DNA of 63,408 bases, filler included, from Chiloscyllium plagiosum (GCF_004010195.1; 3 parts of one record of this genome joined end to end with filler, not necessarily neighbours in it), one strand, 5' to 3'; shown: positions 36,470-49,422, numbered from the whole stretch's first letter. Made by a program: numbers and translations. The notes: a model not told the origin generated them from the sequence alone.

Positions 36470-36700
36470 TCTATGTATTAATGAAAATGCGTGCTAAGCA
36501 TTAGCTCTCCTGTACCAATTAGAGATTGAGTTTGCTTAATAATAATCACATTTCAATATGAGAACTGCGGAAAAACCTTTGATCATATATCTGTCTGGAG
36601 TTAATTACTTGTGCTATGTTGACTCAGGCAGTGTTTGGCTGTATACTGAAAAAAGTATGTATTTTTTTTAAATTGGCTATCAATTAAATGAAGATGAAAG
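36470..36700. promoter_or_regulatory. Candidate intronic enhancer
   Basis: CCTTTGATC (TCF/LEF) 36576-36584, TAATTA 36602-36607 and TGACTCA (AP-1) 36620-36626 within 51 bp. Confidence 0.3.
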
Positions 36701-37169
36701 TGAATGTTTGGAAAATTAGTCTGCACCAGATGACCAATATGACCAGCATTCACATTTGTTTGTTGGTAATTTGCCTATTTTTGAAACATCCCTCTAATAC
36801 AAAAAAGATGGTGTCCTTTGGAATCCTAACGTAGTTGTGTTCAGGATCATTTGATAACCCCTGTGCAAAAGTCAGCCCTTAGTCATACTATTTTTCCTGG
36901 ACATGGTCAGGATATGAACAGTGGATCATTTTTAACAACCAGTAATACATTTTACTTCTTGGTAATTCATTTGGCTTGAATGAATTATCAAATCATACTG
37001 ATTTAGATAACTGTGGTTAGCTTTCATTTGAAAAGAAACGTAAAGAAAATAATGGAATATAAATAGGTCCCGGAGACATAGTAAAGTATCAGAAATAATC
37101 TTGGCCTGTTAAATTCACACACTTTTCAATTCTGAACAATGTATAAGAACAAATTTATTTTAACTTTAT

Positions 37170-38040
37170 TCAGAAATGGAGGGAGAAAGCAAGTTATAAG
37201 TTGTGAGCAAACTGTGAAGAGAACATAGCAGGCTTTAAAAGGATATAGATAGGAGAAGTGGATCAGCAAAAGTTTGACAAAGAATGTAATTTGTGAAAAT
37301 ATGAAATTGTCGATTTGTCAGGGAGAATTAAAAAATGCATGGTATCTTATTAGCAAAAGATTGCAGCATTCTCGTATGCAGAAGGATTTGGGTGACTAAT
37401 GTATGGATCACAGAAGGTAAGTGTGCAAATACTGTAAGTAATTAGAAAAGCAAATGGAACATTATCATTTATTGCGAGGTGAACTGAACACAAAAGTACA
37501 GGAGTTAAGCTTCAATTCTACAGGACACTGATGAAACTTGGGTACTGTGTAAAGTATTGGTGTCCTTATTTAAAGAAGGATGTAAATACATTGAAAACAA
37601 TTTAGAAAAGGTTTACTACCATAAAGGACTATCACAAATTGTCTTATGGGGAAAGGTTGGAAAGGCCTGGCTTGGTTTAGGAGAGTAAAAGGTGACTTGA
37701 TTGAAACATGCAAGGTCCAGAGGTCTCATATGAAAAGGATGGTTTACTCTTTTTGGATTTCCATTTAAAAATGAAGGGTTACCGTTTTAAAACAAACATG
37801 AAGATAATGTTTCTTCTCTCAAAGGACCGTGAATCTTTGAAACCTTTTTCATCAAAAGATAGTGGAGCAGCACCTTTGCATATTTTTAAGATTCTTGGGA
37901 AGCAAAGGAGTGAAAGATTATTGGGGATAGGTGGGAATGTGGAATAATCAGATCAGCCATGAACTTACTGAATGGTTGAGAATGTTTGAGGGGCCAAATG
38001 GCCTACTCTTGATCCTAACTTGTATCTCCTTATGTATGTA
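37170..38040 (+). mobile_element. Old CR1 3' part
   Basis: gaaggatttgggt, attagaaaagcaaatggaac, tacaggacactg, and tail ggccaaatggcctactc. Confidence 0.65.
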
Positions 38041-40049
38041 CATTTTATTGTAAAATACCACAATACATATTGAAACACAAGCACCAAGAAAGTAGAAAAA
38101 TTTAAAGTTGCTGTCAATAACATTAGCTGAAAGTAGGTCTGTTAAAAAGTTTCCATGTACAATATACTTGGCTGCTGGCGTGTGTGCATAAGATATAGAT
38201 TAAAGTAGACACAGTCAGAAAAGTTCAGTGGACCCAGCTGTGGAGAACTGAGGCATACGGGAAAATGCTTGGTTGATGCCAGTGCTGTTGATCGGACTAA
38301 ACAGATAATGACTTTAAAATTGCTCTGACCTGGTTTCAATTATGCAGACTAGGTTTTGTGATGCCCTTAGAAAAGTATTTTAAAAATGGTGAAAATAGAA
38401 CATAAGGCTACGAGGGCTGTGGGTTTAATGTTTGCAATACTTTCTTTACAATTACTAATAAAATATTTTCAGGTTAAAATAGTGGGGAAAGGGTGTGATG
38501 CACCTTACGGTAGTTGTGCATGTTATACACTTTTATCTAGGTTTAAAGTATATCTAATAAGGCTAGTAGTGAACAAGTGACAAATCCACATCACTTTTGA
38601 CATATATATTCCACCTCACTTTTGACATACATATTACACAACTCATATATCACAATGCGGTTAGTGGCTTGCAACACTGTTCCTTCACACCTGGGTTTGA
38701 ATTCAGTCTGTTCTGCTCTCTCATGAGACTGTTAATGTAAATGAAAAAAGAGGCAAAATGTAATTTCCAATGCACCCATATTGAAAGCACATGACACCCT
38801 ATTATTTGATATGAATAAGAATTAAATTGTCCCTCTTACTCAGTGCAATTGCAGAGATAATAGCTGGGTGAGAACTGAAAGTCACACATGCATTTCAATA
38901 AAAACTTATCCTGAGGTGAGAATTAAATTTTATTGTTGTGGCAATAGAGGAGATTTCCTGCGTCTGGTGTGTGCTATAACAGGAAAAAGAGTGCTTGATG
39001 CTGACAGAAGCTAAAAATTCTATTTGGTAAAGAGACATTGGGCCAGTTTATTCAAGGGTCAATTAAGAAGGTTCAGACATTCTGGCTGCAGTATGCTATG
39101 TTCCTGGTTTTATGCTTAGGTTCCAAATACCACTCCCTGCTCCCTATATTTTACATTGTTTAATGATGTTGCAAAGATTTACATGAGACAAGGTGTGATA
39201 TCTGAGGTATGACATCTGAAAGTCTTATAATAGGAGGAAGTGATGAGACAGATTGATATGCAGGGACCCAGAAATTCATTTATAAAAAGTAGTTCTAATT
39301 TATCTGGTAACATAAGGTTCTTTGACCCAGTCTATGTACATTATTTCAAATTAATTTGAAGCTTTATGGAGTTTAGAAAAGTAATCAAATAAAACTATAG
39401 TGCAACAAGACTCTTAAATCTAACTGCAAAAGTTTGAATTATTACAATGTATTTGACTGCAGTGATCCAAGTATTTCACTAGTGTAAATGTAGACATGAT
39501 GCTTATGACTTTCTGTGAGTGAATAGTTTAGCAATCCAAAGGAGCTAATTCAAGTTCAGCTGTTCCAGACTCCTTCTGCTTCTGTAAAACCAACAAGCCA
39601 TAAGATTAGGTTTCAGTCTGTAAACATTGGGATAATCAAAGATTTTTTTTTAACCAATATGGTATAATAGCTGCAAAACTCAACAAACGTTGAACATTTC
39701 CTTTCTGAAGTTGGCTTATTCCTTGCTGTAGTGATTGTGAGCCACCCAAAACAAGTTACCTGAAACGAATTCAGGACGCAATCTGAAACCATTGTGACTA
39801 TGTACAAACTCACTTCAGTTATATAACATTAATTTAAGGTTAAAGCTTTTTTGTATAAAGAGGATTTTAGGAAATTCCTATTTATTCAGTCATGCACCCA
39901 AGAACTTTTCAAATTTATTTTGTATTAATATTAGTGCATTGGAATTCAATGCTTCAAAAGGTGATGGAAGTTGATTCAGCAGTAACTGCAGATATGCTTT
40001 GGAATATTTTTTATGAAGTGCTACATTACATGTAAAATGTGCAGTAGCA

Positions 40050-41240
40050 ACATGGATATAAATTGGCTAAGTGACAGGCAACAGAGAAAAATAAGAAATA
40101 GTTGTTTCTCATATTGTAGGAAGTTATATAATGGGGTTCCCTAAGGATTGGTATTAAGACCACTACTTTTCTTGATATATGGTAATAACATAGACATTGG
40201 GGCACTCAGCACAACTTGCAAAATTGTGTTTGATGCCAAAATATTATGAATTGTGAGGAAGAAGTTGATAAATCTCAAGAGTACTTAGACGGGCAGACAA
40301 GTAGCAGATGTAATTTAATGCAGAGAAATGTGAGTTGATTAATTTTGATCAGAAAAATTGAGGAGGAGTAATATAAAATGAAGTCAGTTCTAAAAGGGAT
40401 GTAAAAGTATATATGCACAAATGATTGAAGGTGGCAGGAGAGGTCAAAAAAGTGATTAATAAAGTATATATATGTCTATATATGATTTTTTTTCTTTTCT
40501 GGGGGTTTGTGGGTGTTACTGGCTGGGCCAGCATTAAGTACCCATCTCTAGTTGTCCTTTTATCCTGGACAATGTAGAGTACAATTTACTGTATGAAAAT
40601 GAACATACATAAAAACATCCATAAGTGCATTGTATCCAGTTCTGGTCATTACAATTAAGAAGGATGTGAAACTTTAGAGAGAATGCAAAAGATATTTATG
40701 CAAATGATTCTAGCTGTGAGAAGCTTCAGTTACATAGTTAGATTGGACACCCTAGAGTTGTTCTCCCAAGAGAACAGAACATTAATTGGAGATTTGAGGT
40801 GTTCAAAAACATAAGTGGCCTAAATAGATGAGATAGGGAGAGACTATTTCCATCTGTGGGTTAACCGAATAGCAGAGAACACTGATTTAAGGTGTTTGGC
40901 AGAAGAAACAATCATGAAATGAAGAAAATCTTTACACAGTGAGTGGTTAGAATCTAAAGTGTACTGTCTGAGAATGTATGGATGCAGATTCACGAAATAT
41001 CTTCAAAACTGAATTAGGCAATGATCTGAACTGAAAAAATTTACAGAGCAATGGGAAATGCATGAGTATAAAGCACAGCATGGGCAGATTGCGTGAAAGG
41101 TAATTTTCTGTGCTGTTGCCATTCTATAACTTAAAAGGATACCTTAACAGAACTGTGAGGAAGAATAGGAGAGTGAAATTCATTGTACCGTTCCTTCAAA
41201 GAGTTGGCACAGCCGCCATAGGTTAACTGGCATCCTTCCA
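40050..41240 (+). mobile_element. Old CR1 RT and 3' part
   Basis: aattggctaagtgacagg (NWLSDR), ggggttccctaagga (GVP*G), cagttctggtca. Confidence 0.65.
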
Positions 41241-41329
41241 TGCTAAAGGAGTCTATGATTAATGTTGATAGAAAGCTACAACATTTAACATCATTTGGAT
41301 GCCAATATGCAGAACTTTGTTTACCTTAT

Positions 41330-42390
41330 TTGGACAGCAATATAAACAGGTCTGCTGGGCTGTACATCATGCTAAATCAAGAAGCATAGCTCCAGACCTA
41401 TAGACCTACCTATGGAGCACCTTGATATTATATTCATGTTACAATGGCACTCACTTTCAAAGCCATGCAAGCTGAAAAAAGCCTCACTCATCTCCAGTCT
41501 GAGAAGTGCCCATCTACACCTACTCTCTGTTTCCTATCTTTTAGCCAACTTCTAATCCACACTGCCAAGGACCCATTAATCCAAATATGTAACATCCACA
41601 GCACTACCCTCATCCACTGTCTGTGTCACTTCATCAAAGAACTCAATTAAATTTATAAGATATGACTAGTCCTTGACAAAGCTATACTGACTGTCTAGTA
41701 TTGATTAAATTTTCTCTGTGCATATTTATGTTATCCCATATTGAGGCCTCCATCAGTTTTCTCACAATTGATGCCACGCTGACAGGTCTGTAGTTTCCTG
41801 GATTATCCTTTGCCTCTTGGGAGGCTTCCTTTTTCTTTAGATAGCTGAAAGAATAATATCACGTGGCAATCTAGTCTGTAAATTGGACACCTGCTTGAAG
41901 GATATTAACACTGCCAAAACCATGGCCTTAAACAGTGGTGTCACATTTTCAATCTTCAAGTCGCCCGTGGCTAATCCTGTGTTCAGACATGTTTGGAAAA
42001 CATCGAGCAATAGCACCGCAATTTGCTCCTTTACCTCTCTCAGAAATCTAGGATGCATTTGATCCTGGCCTAGCAACTGCTCTACCTGGAATTCTGCCAG
42101 CCTTTTCTTTATACTGCACAGTTGCTGAACACCCACGTTTCCAACAGGGTCATTGTCACCATCTTCTAATTTGGTAAAGACAGAAGCAAAGCATTCAGTT
42201 AGTACCTCTGTCACACTCTTTGCTTCAGTGGGCAGCTTACCCTGCTCGTTCCTTATGGGGCCTACTCTATCCTTCACCAATCTTTTACTATTAATCTGTC
42301 TGAAGAACATTTTACTATCTGTTTTAGTGCAGCCTGCCATCCTTTCCTCATGCTTCCTCTTAGCTTTCCTTATTCCAGCCTTAGACTTTA
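41330..42390 (-). mobile_element. Old CR1 ORF2 fragments
   Basis: ORF 41837-42430: IRKAKRKHE, VGPIRNEQG, FASVFT, MHPRFLREV, NVTPLFK. Confidence 0.8.
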
Positions 42391-42515
42391 TTACATATAA
42401 ATACAAGGAAACTGATTTTAGCATCTTCAAAGGGATAAAAAGAGTATTTTACCAACTGTATGTCAAAGAAACCTTGTAAGAGAAAAGGAATAACTTTCTT
42501 CTCTTTTGTTATCAG

Positions 42516-42549
42516 AGACAGTGGAACAGGGAACAAACAGATTAATGAG
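42516..42549 (+). CDS. mkx: Mohawk homeobox protein, penultimate 34-nt exon (phase 1 to phase 2)
   Basis: atcAG|AGACAGTG...ATGAG|GTtagt encodes (E)TVEQGTNRLM(S). Aligns without gaps to human DTLENGSNKGES as recalled, and is in frame with the next exon across a 94-nt intron. Confidence 0.85.
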
Positions 42550-42643
42550 GTTAGTAAAATCCACAGCATTCTACTTCAGCACGGAAATTGCTAATGTCAG
42601 TTAAATTTACAGACTAAACTGCCACTTTTCATTATTCTTTCAG

Positions 42644-42830
42644 CTATCCAAAGAAAAAGGAAACCTCCAAAGATGAAACCTATTGGAAGGAAATTAACGC
42701 AGCCATGGCCTTAACTAATCTGGCACAAGCAAAAGGCAAAATTCAAGGAACAACCAGCTGTATCATTCAAAAGTCTTCACATATTTCCGAAATAAAGACA
42801 TTGAAAATTTCATCGGGTAAACCGTTTTAA
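42644..42830 (+). CDS. mkx: Mohawk homeobox protein, terminal coding exon
   Basis: Acceptor ttattctttcAG. Encodes YPKKKETSKDETYWKEINAAMALTNLAQAKGKIQGTTSCIIQKSSHISEIKTLKISSGKPF*, matching the recalled human MKX C-terminus SKDDTYWKEINAAMALTNLAQGKDKLQGTTSCIIQKSSHIAEVKTVK. Confidence 0.95.
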
Positions 42831-44438
42831 AGAAAAAACTTAAATGACTTTAAGCATTTCTGAAGCAAAACTATTCCATGTATATATTTTGAAAAAAAAT
42901 TTACAACCAAATGCTGACTCCTGGCTCTTGAAGCCAGTCTAGAACAAATCCATTTTTGAAAATCTAATCTTATGTTTATTAATATATTTAGGATCTTGCA
43001 GCAGTTTTTAAATCTTTTGTAATAACACATATATTTTTGCTGTTGTTGGCCAGCTTTTTTTAAACCAAGAACTGACTGTAAATTGTTAAAACGGTACAAT
43101 TTCTGTAAAAGCATTAACTTATTTTATGTTACTCAAATTAATCTTTGACATCTCATGTTGGTGTTGTCAGCATGAATATAATGTAATATAAATAATATAT
43201 CAATAAGCTACATGTTGCACACTGAAAGCATATTTGCCATTGTGAAATTGTACTTTCATATAACATGAACAATTCCATGTTGTAAGACTCTTATGTGACA
43301 AACAAAACCGAAAAATGTCTACAGCATGGAATGTACATTGTGGTCCTGGAAGAAAAACATTGTGATTGTTCTGGCATGTCACTTTATTTTGACTTCAGTT
43401 ATAGCTTGTTGACTTTATTTTGGCTTAGAGAACACGTGTTGAAAATATATGACAACTGGCATATCATACAGGTCTTAACAGTGATCTAATTAGAAGCAGT
43501 GACATTATACACTCAGGATTCAAACATGCTGAATGATTAGCCAATTTTAAGCTGGAAAGCTCCAAAGATAAACTGAAGCTCAAAATGTTGCTTTACATGG
43601 TGACCATATTTCAATATTTCTAAATCTGGATGAATATGTCAGCATGCATTGGCCTCCATAAGTGACTAGTGTTACTTCATTTAAAACACAAAGGTACTTT
43701 TAATAGAATAAGATAAAGGAATAGAAAAAGCTGCTCAAAACAGAATAATAGGCATAGGGACTGACTTTAGTATACTGAGTATATGGTGTTTCTGAGGGAT
43801 GAATTAAGATGTTACAACTGTAATAAAGTTCATCATGTGCCAATTTTGCCTACTTGTATCCAAATTCCATTTGAAAATATTAGATATTTACAAATGGCCT
43901 CAAAAAAGCAGAAATCAGCAACAACAATGGGGTCCCAAAACATAATAATAACCCACCAAAAAAAATGACTCTTTCCTGCTGTGTTGAACATTCTGATGTT
44001 AATTTTATACTGTATGGACCATAGAATTGTAAAAATGATATATGGCTTGTTAAGCTGGGCCAGAACCATCAAAATGATCCATTATGCATTTGGAGTCAGA
44101 TAATTTATACATGGGTACAAAAGAGCAAGATCGTTTGGGCATAGTGACTTACATGTAAAACACATTTGTGTCCAAATTTCTTCAAAATCTGACAATCTTC
44201 TTGCTTTGCATCCAATTTCACGTCTTTGGAGATCATTACCCAAGGAATTCCACCTCACCACATTTGTGCACAATTGTGATCTTCAAAAATCTATTAATTT
44301 GCTTGCCAGTTATATATTTAATGATCAAATACAATGGAATTTTGTGCTGTTTGTGCTTAAAAACTGTCTTGAGTTAGGCGCACATTTCTTCAACCTTGTG
44401 CCTATAAATGAAGCCGATGAACAGGGAAGTTTAACCAG

Positions 44439-44775
44439 GAGAAAGTGAGGACTGCAGATGCTGGAGATCAGAGCTTAAAAATGTGTTGCTGGAAAAGCGC
44501 AGCAGGTCAGACAGCATCAAAGGAACAGGAGAATTGACGTTTCGGGCATAAGCCCTTCTTCAGGAATCCTTTGATGCTGCCTGACCTGCTGCTTTCCAGC
44601 AACACATTTTTAAGCTCTGTTCTCCAGCATCTGCAGTCCTCACTTTCTCCTAGTTGATTTTAATCTACTGCAAATCCTCTTGCAAGGATGCCTTCCTTGA
44701 AGAAGCTCTCTTCCTCCCTCTACAAGGATCTCAGTGAGTCACAATTTCACTGCACCCCTCCATTCCTGAAGAAGT
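44439..44775. mobile_element. Fold-back Penelope terminal insertion
   Basis: Inverted arms of about 85 bp. TSD gaagtttaaccag at 44426-44438 and 44776-44788. Confidence 0.9.
44536..44563 (-). ncRNA. Minimal hammerhead ribozyme motif, antisense to mkx
   Basis: Reverse complement is CTGAAGAAGGGCTTATGCCCGAAACGTC. Confidence 0.6.
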
Positions 44776-44829
44776 GAAGTTTAACCAGCCTGTCTGGGAA
44801 CTTTCAACCTTACTTTCTGATAATATTAA

Positions 44830-45035
44830 AAATCACACAACACCAGGTTATAATCAAACAAGTTTACTTGGAAGTACAAGCTTTTGAAGCACTGCTCCTT
44901 CATCATCACCTAACTAACTACCTGACAAAGGAGCAGTGCTCCAAAAGCTTGTACTTCCAATTTAACCTGTTGGATTATAACCTGGTGTTGCGATTTTTAA
45001 CTTTGTCCACCCCAGTCCAACACAGCATCTCCACA
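44830..45035. mobile_element. Fold-back Penelope terminal insertion, second family
   Basis: Inverted arms. TSD tctgataatattaa at 44816-44829 and 45036-45049. Confidence 0.85.
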
Positions 45036-45485
45036 TCTGATAATATTAATAAGGAGTCAATGTTTCCATTACATTCCAAACATCAAATCGCTTCTGGCAT
45101 TCAGATAATTGTGACCAACTATTAGGCACATCACTTGTATAAGATTCTGGAATGTCAAAAGAATTTGTATGTATTTTTCCTATTTAAAAGTAGAAAAGTT
45201 TATTACTTAAGTTGCAAATATAAAAAACAATCCAATGGAATATTTTAGGGTCACCCAGCGCAAAGTCATTCCTAACATGCTCTTCTCTTTGTGCAATGAA
45301 CATAATGTATTTTGAAATGGTATTTGTAAATATTTTTATACCTTTTGTGCAAACTGTTAAAATTGCAATTTGTTATATGCCTTTAGGTGTAAAGCAAATA
45401 ATTGAATTATGTATTTTGGCATATACAAAAGAAAGCTGCTTTAAAAAGCTTTTTATGGTAGTGTCATTTTTTAAATATATCACAA

Positions 45486-45623
45486 ATTAAACAGAATAAT
45501 AGTTCCAAGATTGTTTTATTATAGTATTTTTCTGAGTAGCTTAATTATTCTGATGTGTTCAGTAAGCAATTTGTTGCAAATATTATAATAAATTTATAAA
45601 TTACCACAATAATAAACAATAAA
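45486..45623 (+). terminator. Candidate polyadenylation signals
   Basis: ATTAAA 45486-45491 with a downstream T/GT-rich tract. AATAAA at 45611-45616 and 45618-45623. Confidence 0.45.
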
Positions 45624-46728
45624 GTGCATGACATTTATAATTTCTGCTACATATACATTTGACAATTCTTCATAAATTGCAGATCATCAATGGCCTTGTG
45701 GAATACAGCATGCTGTGACAGTATGAAATGACAAATAATTTTGTGCTTGTAAAATTATTTTTTCAGTATCAGAGAGGTTGTTTGTAAGTAATTCTGATTT
45801 ATCAAGCTTTCTCTCTATCACCATCCCCTATAGGTCTTACCAAGTCCTAACTGTTTTTGATAAGTTTAACGTATATTCAGTGGTTAAGTACCACAATGGC
45901 ACATCTTTCATGTTTTTCAATGTTGTGTCTCTTGACAAGATATAGGTGTAGCAAAAATGGGTGTACAGCTTTAAAGTAAATCAGGCAGCAGTTTCTTAAT
46001 TTCCACCTTTAACTTCACAGTTCCATCTGTAAAGGTCACTATCTAATTTCTTCAACTATACTGGTGATGATGGTAGAATTGCTGATATTCTAATCACAAA
46101 CCCTTATGTAAGCATGCTGGTTCCAGTTCTGTGCTAACAGTCCAAGAGGATGGTTTCTTTTGATTACGTGATTTATAATTCTCTCAATATTTTAAAGACT
46201 TCAATCATGTGCCTTTGATCAATTTCAAACTTCTGAGTCTTGTTTCATAATTTAGAATTTCATTTCATAAAATCTTCCCTTATCCCTCAACAAGCCTTAC
46301 ATTTAATCTAAAAGAACTGTACATGCAAAATTGTACATAACATGTTAGTATGTCCTTGATAGTGAACTATATACGTTTAAAATGATTTATTCTTTAATGC
46401 CCTTCAGATCCAACTTGGTATGTGTTTGATCGCACAAGCTAATTCAAGATTTATTCTGATTGGCACTTTTTCCTTTGTCCACTGATTGAGATTGTTCCAT
46501 TTTGTACACATCTGCAGTTTCTTTTTTTAATGTTCATTACATTCACTGACATTAAAATTCAATTGTTGTTGCTTTGATTACCCATTTGATTTTCCATGAA
46601 TCAACAAGTTTTCAACTTCTTTGAAATACAAATGGAATATAATCGAAAGCTGTTTGGGACTGACAAAGAACTGTTATTGACTGAATCTTTTAAAATTAGT
46701 CACTGAATGTGGATGTTACTGGTTAAGC

Positions 46729-48618
46729 GATTGAGAGTTACAAGGTAGCCAGGAAAGACCTAAAGAGAGAGCTAAGACGAGTGAGGAGGGGACATGAGAA
46801 GTTGTTGGTGGATAGGATCAGGGAAAACCCTAAAGCTTTCTATAGATTGATAAGGGATAAAGGATTGACTGGAGTAAGATTAGGGCCAATCAAGGACAGT
46901 AGTGGGAAGTTGTGCGTGGAGTCAGAGGAGATAGGGGAAGCAATAAGTGAATATTTTTCATAAGTATTCGCACTAGAAAAAGACAATGTTGTCAAGGAGA
47001 ATACTGAGAAATGGGCTACGAGACTAGATGGGATTGTGGTTCACAAGGAGGAGGTGTTAGAAATTCTGGAAAATGTGAAAATCCCCTGGGCCAGATGGGA
47101 TTTATTTTAGGATTCCCTGGGAAGCCAGGGAGGAGATTGCAGAGCCTTTGGTATTGATCTTTATGGCGTCATCATCGACAGGAATAGTACCAGAAGACTG
47201 GAGGAGAGCAAATGTTGTTCCCTTGTTCAAGGAGGGGAGTAGAAACAACCCTGGAAATTATAAACCAGAGAGCCTTACTTCAATTGAAGGTAAAGTGTTG
47301 GAAAAGGTTATAAGAGACAGGATTTAGAATCATCTCAATAGGAATAAGTTGATTAGGGATAGTCAACACGGTTTTGTGAAGGGTGGGTCATGCCTCACAA
47401 ATCCTATTGTGTTCTTTGAGAAGGTGACCAAACAGGTGGATAAGGGTAAAGTTGTTGGTGTGGTGTATATGGATTTCAGTAAAATGTTTGATAAGGTTCC
47501 CCATGGTAGGCTGCTGCACAACATACAGAGGCATGGGATTGAGAGTGGTTTAGCAGTTTGGATCAGAAATTGGCTAGCTGAAAGGTAGTGGTTGATGGGA
47601 AATGCTCATCCTGGAGTTCAGTTACTAGTGGTATACTGCAAGAATCTGTTTTGGGGCCACTGCTGTTTGTCATTTTTATAAACGACCTGGATAAGTGCAT
47701 AGAAGGATAGGTTTGTAAATATGTGGATGACACTAAAGCCAGTACAGTTGTGGGTAGTGCAGAAGGATGTTGCAGGTTACAGAGGGACATAGATAAGTTG
47801 CAGAGCTGGGTTGAGAGGTGGCAAATGGAGTTTAATGTAGAAAAATGTGAGGTGATTCACTTTGGAAGGAGTAAGAGAAATGCAGGGTACTGGGCGAATG
47901 GTAAGATTCTTGGCAATGCAGATGAGCAGAGGGATCTTGGTGTCCATGTACATAGATCCCTGAAAATTGCCACCCAGGTTGATAGGGTTGTAAAGAAGGC
48001 ATACAGTGTGTTAGCCTTTATTAGTAGAGGGATCAAGTTTCGGAACTACGCGGTCATGCTGCAGCTGTACAAAACATTGGTGCGGCTGTACTTGGGAGTA
48101 TTGTGGGCAGTTCTGGTCACCGCATTACGGGAAGAATGTGGAAGTTTTGGATAGGGTTCAGAGAAAATTTACTAGGATGCTGCCTGGTATGGAGGGAAGG
48201 TCTTATGAGGAAAGGTTGAGTCACTTGAGGCTGTTTTTGTTAGAGAGAAGGAGATTGAGAGGTGACTTAATTGAGGCATATAAGATAATCAGAGGGTTAG
48301 ATTGGGTGGACACTGAGAGCTTTTTTCCTTGGATCATGACGGCTAGCATGATGGGGCATAGCTTCAAATTGAGGGGTGATAGATATAGGATAGATATCAG
48401 AGGTAGTTTCTTTACTCCGAGAGTAGTTGGGGCATGGAATGCACTTCCTGCAACAGTTGTAGACTCACCAACTTTACGAGCATTTAAATGTATATTGGAT
48501 AGGCATATGGACAAAAATGGAATAGGAAAGGTTAAATGGGTTTCAGATTGGTTTCACAGGGCAGCCCAACATCGAGGGCCGAGGGCCTGTAATGTGCTGT
48601 ACTGTTCAATGTTCTATG
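46729..48618 (+). mobile_element. CR1 LINE, RT and 3' end, inserted in a SINE
   Basis: IRENPKAFY, SQHGFVKG, DFSKMFDKVPH, DDTK, LYKTLVR, FFTPRVVGAWNALP. Tail tgttcaatgttctatg. taagc occurs on both sides. Confidence 0.95.
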
Positions 48619-48850
48619 TAAGCCCATTCCTAATTGTCCAGAGAGCAGTTCAGAGTCAAATAAATTGCCTGCGTCTGAAATCACATCTAGACAGGACCAG
48701 GAAAGAATGAGAAATTTCTTTTCCTAAAGGACAATAATGATCCCTTATGATAATGGTTACATGGCTAGCCTTTTTTAGTTGAACCATTGTCCCCAGAACA
48801 TTAGCCTGGGGTTCTCTATTACTAGTTAGTGACACTACTGCTGTTACAAC
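48619..48850 (-). mobile_element. tRNA-derived SINE remnant (continues at about 46700-46728)
   Basis: Minus strand gtgtcactaactagtaatagagaaccccaggctaatgttctgggg...ggttcaa. A related + strand piece lies at about 15565-15655. Confidence 0.55.
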
Positions 48851-48954
48851 TTTCCTCATTACTGATTTAGGAATCTATTCCAAGTGAATGAGTGAGATTT
48901 GACCTCAATATTATCATCCAGTCCTAGCCTTTTTATGCTTCTCTGAAGTGTCTT

Positions 48955-49422
48955 GGGAAGTTTGTGGGCTGAATTTGTACTTGCAGAATTACATTTATTT
49001 TTGCTCAAAAACTGCATGAGTCCATATAAGATTCTGTAAATCTGTTTTTTAGATTAGAATCAGTCTGAACATTGTGGCACAGACAGCCTCACACAGGGCA
49101 CTTCACACCTTAAATGCATTATCTGAGCTGACATGACACCAATTGTTAAAGTTCACTTGAGAATGTAACTTTAAAAAAGTTTTGTAATTTACATATGAAA
49201 GAACTGAAACCAACATGTTCATTCTAAAAGATGAGAGACTTAACAAACAATCCAGGTCTTTTTCAATATATAATTTCAGTTACATTACACTGTCAACTTT
49301 TGCTATAAATTCTGTGTCTTATGATCTTATTCTCCACAACCACCCGATGGAGGAGCAGCGCTCCGAAAACACGTGCGTCCAAATAAACCTGTTGGACTAT
49401 AACCTGGTGTTGTGTGATTTTT
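48955..49422 (+). mobile_element. Penelope 3' end, second family
   Basis: Ends ccgatggaggagcagcgctccgaaa...aaataaacctgttggactataacctggtgttgtgtgattttt, as at 12795-12871 and 44921-44998. Confidence 0.75.

Larger units (their letters stand above)
1..42515 (+). other. mkx: Large intron of mkx preceding the 34-nt exon (donor lies upstream of the window)
   Basis: Ends in a pyrimidine tract and acceptor (ctttcttctcttttgttatcAG, 42514-42515). I found no homeodomain-coding mkx exon in the window. From memory, tetrapod MKX also has a very long intron here. Confidence 0.7.
42831..45630 (+). other. mkx: Putative mkx 3' UTR
   Basis: AU-rich. Pumilio elements TGTATATA 42879-42886 and TGTAAATA 45325-45332. 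Seed matches GTGCCAA 43837-43843 (miR-96) and GTGCAAT 45291-45297 (miR-25/92). The 3' end is inferred. Confidence 0.55.
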
